This document shows positions 47,810 through 56,967 of a stretch of 64,000 nt of DNA, in pieces. The position numbers and the translations under genes are program-made. Each line of letters begins with the position of its first letter. Position 1 is the stretch's first letter. The DNA lies in assembly GCA_963668175.1 (NCBI GenBank), contig OY764159.1, positions 2,368,001 to 2,432,000 of the forward strand. The letters are read 5' to 3'. The notes beneath the pieces are model-generated. The model was not told the DNA's origin. It made no database searches and saw only the letters and a list, made by a program, of their open reading frames with translations. The stretch is from Syntrophales bacterium (GTDB lineage: Bacteria > Desulfobacterota > Syntrophia > Syntrophales > PHBD01).

Positions 47810-49345
47810 TCAAGCCAGCGGTTTTTCCTTGGCGGCGTTGATGCCGGCGTTCCTGCCGAAGACGATGCAGTCCACCGTGGCGTTCCCGCCGACACGGTTG
47901 GTGCCGTGGACGCCGCCGGTGACTTCGCCCGCAGCATAAAGCCTCGGGATGATCTTGTCGTCCCGGCCGATGACCTGGGCGGTCGTCCCCTCGGTCTGGA
48001 CGCCTCCCATCGTGTGGTGCACGCCGGCCTGGGTCGGGCTGGCGTAGAAGGGACCTTTGGTGACGGGCTTCAGGTTGTCCGGTTTCTTGCCGAACGCGTC
48101 GTCCTTCCCCTTCACGACGGCGTCGTTGTATTTCGCCACCGATTCGAGGAAGGTCGTTTCCGGCACCTGGAGTTTATCGTTTAAGATTTTCGCGAGGCCT
48201 TCCAGCGTGTCCGCCCGGAAGGCGAGGCCGTCCTTGATGATCTCCTCGGTGATTTTCGCGTTGAACCGCTTGGCGCACTGCTCGTCGGCGACCCAGAGAA
48301 GCACCTTCTTGGTCTGCTTCAGGACGGCTTCGGCCATGACGTCGCGGCGCTGGTCCTCGGCCACGAAACGCTTGCCTTCGAGGTTGACGAAGAGGGCGTG
48401 GTCCACGCCGAGGTTCGTCAGGGAGCCGTACTGCTTGGTGTAGTAGTTGCACGCGATCAGCATCTGGATGTAGTCCATCCCGATGACGTCGGCCCCTTCG
48501 TTTTCGGCGATAACGATCGATTCGCCCGTGGCCGTCGCCACGTTGGTCGTCGGCACGTCGGCCGTAAGGCGCGGGTCGTGCTTCATGCGCATCGCGACAT
48601 CCGCGCCGAAGCCTCCCGTTGCGAGGATGACGGCCCGGCGCGCCTTGATAAAGACGTCTTTCTTCTTCTCGACGACGACGGCCCCGAGGATGTCTCCCTC
48701 CAGGGGCTTCTGACGGACGAGGGCCTTGAGCTTCACGTTCATGAGGATGGGGATCTTCCTCTTGTCCACCTGATCCTTGAGCACCTTGATGATCAGACCG
48801 CCCCGGCCCTTGTCGACGGGGTCGAAGCTCCGGGCCCACAGCGCGCCGACGGCCGTGTAGGGCTTCGGATCGAAAGCGACGCCCAGCTGTTCCAGCCATT
48901 TGCGGCCCGCCAGGGCGTTGAACGTCATGTATTTCACCTTCTCCGGATCGCCGCGGTAGTCGCCGCCGGCAAGCGTCTGCGAGTAGTGCAGCTCCGGCGA
49001 ATCCTTAATCCCGTACTTCGCCTGGACGTCCGGCTCCGAACAATTGTAGATGCCGCTCGCGATCGCCGAGTTGCCGCCGATGATCGCCGCCTTCTCGACG
49101 ATGACGACCTTCGCCCCCGCGTCGTGGGCCTCGATGGCGGCGGCCAGGCCCGCATAGCCCGTCCCCACGATGAGGACGTCCGTCGTTTTGTCCCATTTCT
49201 TCGGCGGGGCCACCGCCTCGACCCTGCCCGGAAGCAGCGCGCCCGCCGCCAGGGTCCCGGCCATGGCCGCGCCTGTGCCTGCTATGAATTTACGTCTGCT
49301 GATGCCTTGTTCCCCTGCATCGTTCTTCCTTTCGTTATTTTCCAT
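47810..49345 (-). CDS. Tat-exported flavocytochrome c flavoprotein
   Basis: Tat motif SRRKFIA; VGTGYAG; GGNS; QRRD; VHHTMGG; NRVGGNA; YIQMLIAC in place of IQxHPT. Confidence 0.9.
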   Translation of the reverse strand: MENNERKNDAGEQGISRRKFIAGTGAAMAGTLAAGALLPGRVEAVAPPKKWDKTTDVLIVGTGYAGLAAAIEAHDAGAKVVIVEKAAIIGGNSAIASGIYNCSEPDVQAKYGIKDSPELHYSQTLAGGDYRGDPEKVKYMTFNALAGRKWLEQLGVAFDPKPYTAVGALWARSFDPVDKGRGGLIIKVLKDQVDKRKIPILMNVKLKALVRQKPLEGDILGAVVVEKKKDVFIKARRAVILATGGFGADVAMRMKHDPRLTADVPTTNVATATGESIVIAENEGADVIGMDYIQMLIACNYYTKQYGSLTNLGVDHALFVNLEGKRFVAEDQRRDVMAEAVLKQTKKVLLWVADEQCAKRFNAKITEEIIKDGLAFRADTLEGLAKILNDKLQVPETTFLESVAKYNDAVVKGKDDAFGKKPDNLKPVTKGPFYASPTQAGVHHTMGGVQTEGTTAQVIGRDDKIIPRLYAAGEVTGGVHGTNRVGGNATVDCIVFGRNAGINAAKEKPLA

Positions 49346-49660
49346 GATGCTGCTCCTTTCTTCCACAAGTGACCGTGCTTATACCAGGTTTTCGATTCTT
49401 TGTCTTCGGAAATGTCATACAATCATGTATTCATGAAAGACGGACCTTTTCTATGATACGGCAAATCGCCGGCGGCGGTCCATGAAAAAAATCAGGGCAA
49501 GCTTCCAGGCAGGACGTAGTCGGCCCGGTTGCGTTTTCCCGGATTTGTCGGTTTGCTCCGGGCATGCCCGGCGTCCCGCGATGCCGGGGCGACGCTCGAA
49601 AAGAGGTCGGCCCTCCCGGACTGCCGTTGCCGCCCCGGGGAAGAGACTCGCGGCGCATCC

Positions 49661-52600
49661 TCATGCGCCGTCCAGGGCCTTCCGCACCTTGGACGCCATC
49701 TCTTTCAGGGAAAAAGGTTTCTGCATATAATGGACGCCCTCGTTCAGGATGCCGTGATGGGAGATGATATCGGCCGTATAGCCCGACATGAAGAGGGATT
49801 TCATATCCGGAAAGAGGACCTTCAGCCTGTCCGCCAGTTCCTTGCCGTTCATCTCGGGCATGACGACGTCGGTCATGAGCAGATGTATCGTTCCGGCATG
49901 CGCTTCAGCCTTCCGGACGGCCTCGCCCGGTGTTCCGGCAATCAGGACGGCGTATCCGAGTTTTTCGAGCATGAGCCCGCTCATGGCGAGAAGAGACGGT
50001 TCGTCTTCCACGACGAGGACCGTCTCCCTTCCTCCCGCCGCCGGTTCCCGGGAGTCTCCCGCCGCGGCCGGCTCCTCAGCGCCCATGTACCTCGGCAGGT
50101 ATACCTTGAAGGTCGTTCCCCGGCCGGGTTCGCTGTCGACGCCGACGAACCCGCCGTTCTGCTTCACGATGCCGTAAATCGTCGCGAGCCCCAGACCGGT
50201 TCCCTTGCCTGTCTCCTTCGTCGTGAAGAAAGGGTCGAAGATGTTGGCGAGGGTCTCCCTGCTCATGCCGCAGCCGTCGTCGGAGACGGCGAGCAGGACA
50301 TACGCCCCGGGTATATACCCGGCATGGCTGCTGCAATAGTCTTCGTCGAAGGCGACATTGCCCGTTTCGATGGCGACGCGGCCCACGCCGGCGATGGCGT
50401 CCCGGGCATTGACGCAGAGGTTCGCCAGGATCTGGTCGATCTGGGACGGGTCCATGAGCACGGTCCACAGATCGCTTCCGGGCAGCCAGTTCAGGTGGAT
50501 ATCCTCGCCGATGAGCCTTTGCAGCATTTTGAGCATGCCGTCGACGGTTTCGTTCAGGTCGAGCAGCCGGGGGGCGGCGGTCTGCTTGCGGGCAAAGGCC
50601 AGAAGCTGGCTGACCAGGGCCGTCGATCGCCGGGCGGCCTTGGCGATCTCTTCCAGGTTGGTCCGGAAGGGCTGCCCGGGCTTGACCCGTTCCATGACGA
50701 TTTCCGTATGGCCGAGAATCACCCCCAGCATATTGTTGAAATCGTGGGCCACGCCTCCCGCCAGCCTGCCCACGGATTCCATCTTCTGGGCCTGGAGGAA
50801 CTGGGCCTGGAGACTTTCACGATCCGCCTGGGCCTGCATACGCTCCGTCACGTCGATGATCTGGACGATGTATCCGATCTTCCGGGAGACGGTGTCCGGA
50901 ATCGGTGTTGTGATGATATCGTAGAAGGCCGTGCCGGTCTTGCGCGTTTCGTAGGGCAGACGGGCGAAATCGACCGGAATGATTTGCCTGACTTCTTCGC
51001 CCCGATCGAGTCTTTCCCATATGTCGCGGTACCCGTAATTGGGGTCGTCTTTCAGGCCGAATTTGCCGATCAGGGCATCGGCGTCCACGCCGAACATCTC
51101 GCCGACCCGGCGGTTGCAGCCGATCAGGACGGCCTCCTTGTCGTAAATTTCAACGGCTATCGGCGAATTGTCGAAAATCGTTTTCAACATCTCCCCGCTC
51201 TCCCTCAGGGCTTCTTCCGCGCGGATGAAATCGGTCAGGTCGTGGAAATACCAGACGCGGCCGAAGTATTGCCCCTCCGGGCCGAGAAGCGGCGCCGAGT
51301 AGCGCTCGAAGACGCGGCCGTCGACGAGGGCGATGACGTCCCGGCCGATCTCCTCCTTATGCTCGTAGAGGTACCGGACCCTCTCCTGGAATTGGTCGGG
51401 ATCCGCTATCTGGGAGGCGACGGATTGCAGGACGGGTTCGTCGTACTTGGCCTCGACGAGGGCGGGCTGGATCCGCCACATGTCGACGAACCGCCGGTTG
51501 TAAGAAACGATCCGGTCTTCCTCGTCGACCACCAGGATACCGTCGATGGACACGTCCTGCTGGGTGGAAAGCAGGACATTCCGGTATTGCAGGTCCCTTT
51601 CCGCCCGCTTCTGGTCGGTGATGTCCGTCCAGACCGCCGCCCAGTAAGCGCGGCCGCCGATGCGCAGCTCCTTGACGCTGACGCGGACGTCGCGGATGTC
51701 GCCGCTGCGGTGGCGGTGCGTCGTCTCGAAGGCGACGCCGCGAACCGGGTCCTCTTCCAGTATCCGGCTGATGGGTTCGGGCGTCATTTCCGTCCGGATG
51801 TCGTGTACGGTGAGGGCGGCAAATTCCTCGCGCGAATAACCGAGCCCCTCATGGGCCGCTTCGTTGAATTCGACGAAACGGTCGTTCGTGCGGTCGATGA
51901 GGGCGATGGCGTCAACGGCCTGGCCGACGATGCTCGAGAATATCTCCTCCCGCGTCTTCAGGGCCTCTTCCGCGCGCCTGCGGTCGGCGATTTCGTCTTT
52001 GAACTCCTCGTTGAGCCTCGTCAGGGCTTCCGTCCGGTCCCGGACGCGCTGCTCCAGATCGTCGTGGGCGCGCTGGAGCGCCTCTTCCGTCCGCTTCCGT
52101 TCGGTGATGTCCTCCAGTATCCACAGCGTGCCGGCGGAAAGGTCGGAGGGATCGACGGCCCTGCCGTTGTATTTGACCCAGATATGGGCCCCGTCGCGGC
52201 GCACCAGTTCCTGGACCGTCACGTAGGTTTCGCCCCGGGCGAGGACAGGGTAGGCGTCGCTGCCGAGTCGGTTATAGGCCTCCTTCGATACGTAAAACTT
52301 CTCCGTGGTCTGCCCGATCAGTTCCTCTTTCGGGTACTGGAACATCGCTTCCGTTTTTTTGTTGATCCAGACCTGCTTGCGGTCGCGCACGAGGGAGATG
52401 GCGACATCGGCGGTGTCGAGGATGATGCGCTGCTCGCGCAGCACGCTCTGAAGTTCTTCCCTGATCCTTCGCTGCTCCGTGATATCGGCGATAAACCCTT
52501 CCATGAAGAGGGGGATGCCCTTGGCGTCGCCGATCGTCCGGCAATCTGCGGAAAGCAGGCGGGTGGCGCCGTCCCGGCGGCGTGTTTCCAGTTCGAGATT

Positions 52601-52867
52601 CTGCGTACTATTCTGTCCGGCCAGCCTGTGGAGTTCGCGCCGATAGGCTTCGGGGGACCCGAAGATCCGGCCGCCGAAGTCGCCCGCGTCCGCCGACATA
52701 TCTTCGCACGATGCGTAGCCCATGATGCGCGCGAGGGCGGGATTGCCCGTCAGGAGCCTGCCGTCGGCGTCGATGCGGCAGATGCCGATCGTCGCGTTCT
52801 CGAAGAGGGACCGGAAGATTTCGTTTTCCCTGAGCAGTTCCTCGTATGTTTTTGTCGAATCGTGCAT
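49661..52867 (-). CDS. Cytoplasmic hybrid histidine kinase: about 5 PAS, HisKA, HATPase, receiver
   Basis: PAC motifs, GVAHDFNN, PFFTTK..GTGLGL, LVVEDE..DVVMP..KPF. Confidence 0.93.
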   Translation of the reverse strand: MHDSTKTYEELLRENEIFRSLFENATIGICRIDADGRLLTGNPALARIMGYASCEDMSADAGDFGGRIFGSPEAYRRELHRLAGQNSTQNLELETRRRDGATRLLSADCRTIGDAKGIPLFMEGFIADITEQRRIREELQSVLREQRIILDTADVAISLVRDRKQVWINKKTEAMFQYPKEELIGQTTEKFYVSKEAYNRLGSDAYPVLARGETYVTVQELVRRDGAHIWVKYNGRAVDPSDLSAGTLWILEDITERKRTEEALQRAHDDLEQRVRDRTEALTRLNEEFKDEIADRRRAEEALKTREEIFSSIVGQAVDAIALIDRTNDRFVEFNEAAHEGLGYSREEFAALTVHDIRTEMTPEPISRILEEDPVRGVAFETTHRHRSGDIRDVRVSVKELRIGGRAYWAAVWTDITDQKRAERDLQYRNVLLSTQQDVSIDGILVVDEEDRIVSYNRRFVDMWRIQPALVEAKYDEPVLQSVASQIADPDQFQERVRYLYEHKEEIGRDVIALVDGRVFERYSAPLLGPEGQYFGRVWYFHDLTDFIRAEEALRESGEMLKTIFDNSPIAVEIYDKEAVLIGCNRRVGEMFGVDADALIGKFGLKDDPNYGYRDIWERLDRGEEVRQIIPVDFARLPYETRKTGTAFYDIITTPIPDTVSRKIGYIVQIIDVTERMQAQADRESLQAQFLQAQKMESVGRLAGGVAHDFNNMLGVILGHTEIVMERVKPGQPFRTNLEEIAKAARRSTALVSQLLAFARKQTAAPRLLDLNETVDGMLKMLQRLIGEDIHLNWLPGSDLWTVLMDPSQIDQILANLCVNARDAIAGVGRVAIETGNVAFDEDYCSSHAGYIPGAYVLLAVSDDGCGMSRETLANIFDPFFTTKETGKGTGLGLATIYGIVKQNGGFVGVDSEPGRGTTFKVYLPRYMGAEEPAAAGDSREPAAGGRETVLVVEDEPSLLAMSGLMLEKLGYAVLIAGTPGEAVRKAEAHAGTIHLLMTDVVMPEMNGKELADRLKVLFPDMKSLFMSGYTADIISHHGILNEGVHYMQKPFSLKEMASKVRKALDGA

Positions 52868-52936
52868 GCTTGATCCCTGCCGGTAAAAGATGCCGTTTGA
52901 ATACTGCGACGATGTTTCAGGCCGGGATATGATAAA

Positions 52937-53091
52937 AGATCAATATTCATGCCAGGGGTGACGGTTCCGGGGTGGATTTCATAATGTTCATCATAATCAA
53001 CGGTTTACGGGACATGGGAGGGAGATACGCCGGTCGCGCTTCCCGTCTCCGGCGCGTCCGTTTTGGCGGAATCCGTCCGAAGGGAACGGAC
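52937..53091 (-). promoter_or_regulatory. Sigma-54-type promoter plus IHF site and tandem enhancer, copy B
   Basis: Minus TGGCAT-GAATA-TTGA (within 52937-52956); exact IHF consensus AATCAACGGTTTA 52995-53007; GTCC-N8-GGAA-TCC-GTCC-N9-GGAC 53056-53091. Confidence 0.72.
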
Positions 53092-53141
53092 AGGGAAAAG
53101 CGATGCGGGCCGTCGGTAAGGCGCCAGGAGGCGGAAAAGAA

Positions 53142-53168
53142 GCGGGCGGAACACGGGGTTCCGCCTGC
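53142..53168 (-). terminator. Probable terminator of 53237..53605
   Basis: GCGGGCGGAAC/GTTCCGCCTGC stem with an A-rich run on the + strand left flank. Confidence 0.5.
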
Positions 53169-53236
53169 AATCTCTGTCGGGTCCCGCCTAGCCCCGGTCA
53201 TGGCGGGGGCCGGCGGCCTCGTTCAAAAAACGTCCG

Positions 53237-53605
53237 TCAGCGGGAGCAGCGGCTGTAGTCGCCTTTCCAGCGGAACGTCCCGTCCAGGTTGTAGGAATCG
53301 TACGACAGGCTGTTGCCCGATACCTTCATCACGGCATGGACGATGGTCGGCGACGTTTTGCTCTTGAGCGTCGCCGTGAAGGTATTGCCGACAGCGGAGC
53401 CGACACCCGCCGAATAGACCGGTTTGTCCCAGCCTTCCTTGAGTTCCACGATGCTGACGGCGCCCTTGGGCGTCAGGGTGATGATGTCGCCCACGGCTCC
53501 GCCCACGTTCCGGCAGAAGCTCCCGCTCATGTCCGCCGCGGACGCCGCGCCCGCCCAGCACAGGACGGCCAGGGCCGCCGCCGTTACGATCAAACGTTTC
53601 TTCAC
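53237..53605 (-). CDS. Small exported hypothetical protein (beta-rich, two mature Cys)
   Basis: GGAGG RBS plus GTG, signal peptide ending ASA, host codon bias. Confidence 0.75.
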   Translation of the reverse strand: MKKRLIVTAAALAVLCWAGAASAADMSGSFCRNVGGAVGDIITLTPKGAVSIVELKEGWDKPVYSAGVGSAVGNTFTATLKSKTSPTIVHAVMKVSGNSLSYDSYNLDGTFRWKGDYSRCSR

Positions 53606-53805
53606 GATACATCCTCCTTCGAATTTTGATGATTTGCTTTCCGGCGCACCGACTATAAAGCATAGGAATCCCGCCTGTCAAAGGATATCCGGCAGCGGGG
53701 CCGCCCGACCGGAAAAAAGCGGGTAGGCCGGGTCGGTTCCGCATCCCGTCCGGGACATGGCAAACGATCGGACGCGCAGGAAAGTACCCTCGCCATACCT
53801 GCGGC

Positions 53806-54671
53806 TCAATATGTCTTGACGACGCCGCCGTCGAAGAGGAGATCGCTGCCGTCGAGGTACTTGCCGTGCTTCGAGAAGCCGAAGACGAAGAGGTTCGCGA
53901 CCTCGACGGGATTCATCATCTCCTTGACCCGCGATTTGCCGAGCATGACGTCGACGACGACCTCTTCCTCGGTTATGCCCCTCTGGCGGGCCTGGTCGGG
54001 GATCTGTTTCGTCGCCAGCGGCGTTTTGATGAAGCCGGTGCTGACCGAGAAGGACCTGATCTTTCCCTGGCCCTCGGCGGCGATGGACTGGCTCAAACCC
54101 CGCAGTCCGAATTTCGTGATGTTGTAGACCGGCTTGTTCATCGTGCAGATGTGGGCGTGGATCGACGTCATGTTGCCGATGGCGCCGAAGCCGTTTTTGG
54201 TCTTCCGGATGCGGGGGATGACCAGCTTCGAGAGATAGAACGGGGCGCGGAGCATGATCGCCTGCATGAGGTCGTATTTGGCCATGGGGAAGTTCTCGAT
54301 GGCGTCGATATGCTGGAGGCCGGCGATATTGGCGAGGAACTTGATGCCTCCCAGCTTTGCCGACTCCCTGACGGCGCTTTCGATATCGGCGTCGCTCGTG
54401 AGGTCCGTCTTGATGAACTGGACCCGGCCGCCCATCTTCTTCGCCAGCGCCGCGGTTTCCTTGCCGCCGGCCTCGTCCATGTCGAGCGCAGCGACGGAGA
54501 CGCCGTTTGCGGCCATGGCGAGCGCCGTCGCCCGGCCGATGCCGCTCGCCGCACCGGTTACGAGGCATACGAATTCCCGCTTAAAGTTGTCGTCCTTGAC
54601 GATCAGTATGTCCGATTTTTGATGTCCGGCGGCTCCAGCTCGAATTTCGGCTTCTTGACTGCTTTCTTCAT
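53806..54671 (-). pseudogene. SDR oxidoreductase (3-hydroxybutyrate dehydrogenase-like) with 1-nt frameshift near the 5' end
   Basis: AAGGAG RBS plus ATG 54671 (MKKAVKKPKFELEPPDIK) is out of frame with the body (SDILIV..TGAASGIG, NIAGLQH, YNITKFG); break at A5 run 54616-54620. Confidence 0.7.
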
Positions 54672-55047
54672 CGTGTTTCTCCTTTTTTGAAACATTGCTG
54701 ACGGGTTGACGGTTACCGCGGCCGTAAACGAACGCTGTGAAACGACGGTAAATGAAGGGATGCGGGATAAGACGGGATATCGGGACCGTGATCGCTCCGC
54801 CGGATGCGGCAAGCGGTGCGCCGTCGAGGAACTGCCGTCGGGAGCGGCACCGGCATTGCGCGGCGCAGGCAAGACCGGGGAAGGGTGTGCGTTTTGATCC
54901 TGAGAAATCCAACAATTACCTTGTAAAATTTTACATCATCGGCGGCGGCTTGTCAAATGCGGGAGGCCGGAAAACGGCGGCGGGGGCATGGAAAGGGGAG
55001 GATAAAGGGGCGGCGGAAGAACCGGCGGGAAATCGTTTTCCCGTATC

Positions 55048-55533
55048 CTATTCCGCGATCTTCGATACGGCGTAAATATCGGTCCGGCGCGTCCAGCCTG
55101 CGGCCTCCCAGAAGGCGAGGCCCGCGGCGTTCGTTGTATAGACGAAGACGTGGACTTTTTGAATGCCGGCCGCCTTCAGGGCGTTCAGACACGCGTCCGC
55201 GAGCCCCCGGCCGATGCCCCGTTTCCGCCAGGCGGCGTCGACCGCCAGATGGTACATGTAGCCGCGCCTGCCGTCGTGGCCGCCGAGGATTGTACCCACG
55301 ATCCTGCCGCCGGCCGCGGCCGCGAAGCTCATGCCGGGGTTCCGCGCGAGGAAGGACCGGATGACCTCTTCCGTGTCGGCATCGGTCAGGTTGACGCCCT
55401 CGCAGCGGAGCCACAGTCCCCGGGCCTCGTCGTAGGCCCCGATGTCGAAGGGAACGATTTCGGCGGTAAGGGCGGAGGCGTCCTCCTCTTTCCCGCCGGG
55501 CGGCCGCGAAAAAGCCAGTATCGGTTTGCGCAT
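55048..55533 (-). CDS. GNAT family N-acetyltransferase
   Basis: GHDGRRGYMYHLAV, RKRGIG, N..GLAFW..GW. Confidence 0.9.
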   Translation of the reverse strand: MRKPILAFSRPPGGKEEDASALTAEIVPFDIGAYDEARGLWLRCEGVNLTDADTEEVIRSFLARNPGMSFAAAAGGRIVGTILGGHDGRRGYMYHLAVDAAWRKRGIGRGLADACLNALKAAGIQKVHVFVYTTNAAGLAFWEAAGWTRRTDIYAVSKIAE

Positions 55534-55782
55534 GGTCGTTTGTCTCCTGTCCTGTTCAATTCTTGCGGCCGGGTCCGGAAAACATCCTCGTGCATTCGCA
55601 TCGATCCCGGCCGGTACGGGGCGGAGGATATTAAATTGCGCCGGCTCTTCACGCGGCCGGGGACTCCAAATTGCCCCGGCTTCCGAAAATAGTCAAGGTC
55701 ATGTTTGCGGCGCCACCGTTTTAGCCTTGACAAAATGCGGGAGGAGGAGCAACCTTCACACCCTGACAGCCTAGGAGGTATG

Positions 55783-56907
55783 ATGTCCCTGAAAAATCGT
55801 TTGCGGGAAAAGGCGCTGGAGTTGGGGTTCGCCGCCGCCGGTTTCACCGATGTTTCGCCCCTCGACCTGTACATTAAAGAGTACGAATCCCGGCCGCCGG
55901 AGATGTACGGCTGGCGGTCGAGCAGTCCCTTCGATCTTCGCAGGGGCGCCCGGCTGGGCGAAACGCATCCCGAGGCCCGGTCGCTCCTCGTCCTCATCCG
56001 CAACTATCACCGATACCGTTTCCCGGCTTCCCTCACGGGGCGGATCGGCCGCCTCTATCAGGTGGATGAGCGCATGGAGAAGGGGAGCGAACACAAGCGG
56101 ATGGAGAATTATCTCGGATTCCTGAAAGAGGAGGGCGTCCGCGCCTGGATCGATCCGTCCGTTCCTGCCCGCATGTCGGCGGCCAGGGCCGGCCTCGTCA
56201 CGTATGGGAAGAACTGCTTCGCCTACGCCCGGGGCTTCATGCAGGGGGCGTCCTGGATGGAGATCCACCCCGTCCTCCTCGACGCCGCCGTGGAACCCGA
56301 CGAGCCGTCGATCCGCTACGGATGCCCGTCGTGGTGCCGGAACGCATGCATGGCGGCATGTCCCACCAAGGCCATCTACGCGCCGGGCAGGATGAACCCG
56401 ACGCGATGCATCGCCTACCTGTCCTATTACGGTGCGGGCATTACGCCGCGGGAGTTCCGCGAACCCATGGGCCTCTGGGTGTACGGGTGCGACCGGTGCC
56501 AGCAGGTCTGCCCCCGGAACGACCTCTACCGGAGCCGGGAATTGCCGGTCAACGAACCGCTGGAGGCGCGCGCGGGGGATTTCGATCCTTCGACACTCCT
56601 CACCATGTCGGACGAGCATTACACAACCAGGGTCTGGCCGCTCTGTTTTTACATCGCGAAGGAGAACAAGGCCAAGTGGCAGATGAACGCCGCCCGGGCC
56701 CTGGGAAACCTCGGGGACCGGAGTTCCGTTCCGCTTCTGGCGGAGGCGCTTGCCGGAAACCCGAGCGACATGGTCCGGGGGATGTGCGCATGGGCGCTGG
56801 GAAGGATCGGCGGCAGGCAGTCCAGGGATGTCCTGGAGCGCAGGTGCGGCGGCGAAGACGGCCCGGTGCGCGGGGAGATCGTCCTCGCCCTGGCGGAGGC
56901 AGGCTGA
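55783..56907 (+). CDS. queG: Epoxyqueuosine reductase QueG-like Fe-S protein with C-terminal HEAT repeats
   Basis: ARAGL..YGKN, C..WC..ACMAACPT, RCIAY, VYGCDRCQQVCP, NAARALGN; AGGAGG RBS; may be a paralogue. Confidence 0.78.
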   Translation: MSLKNRLREKALELGFAAAGFTDVSPLDLYIKEYESRPPEMYGWRSSSPFDLRRGARLGETHPEARSLLVLIRNYHRYRFPASLTGRIGRLYQVDERMEKGSEHKRMENYLGFLKEEGVRAWIDPSVPARMSAARAGLVTYGKNCFAYARGFMQGASWMEIHPVLLDAAVEPDEPSIRYGCPSWCRNACMAACPTKAIYAPGRMNPTRCIAYLSYYGAGITPREFREPMGLWVYGCDRCQQVCPRNDLYRSRELPVNEPLEARAGDFDPSTLLTMSDEHYTTRVWPLCFYIAKENKAKWQMNAARALGNLGDRSSVPLLAEALAGNPSDMVRGMCAWALGRIGGRQSRDVLERRCGGEDGPVRGEIVLALAEAG

Positions 56908-56967
56908 AAAGAATATCGGCCGTACGATCGAAGGCTACGGATCGGCGGTTGCGCGGTTCCGCGGCCG

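Noticed and set aside
49529..52873. Long antisense/overlapping ORFs (e.g. 49529..52873 +, 10714..13344 +, 38716..40752 +, 13774..15588 +, 34843..36144 -)
   Set aside because: They shadow well-supported genes on the opposite strand, as expected from high GC3 codon bias, and show no recognisable motifs
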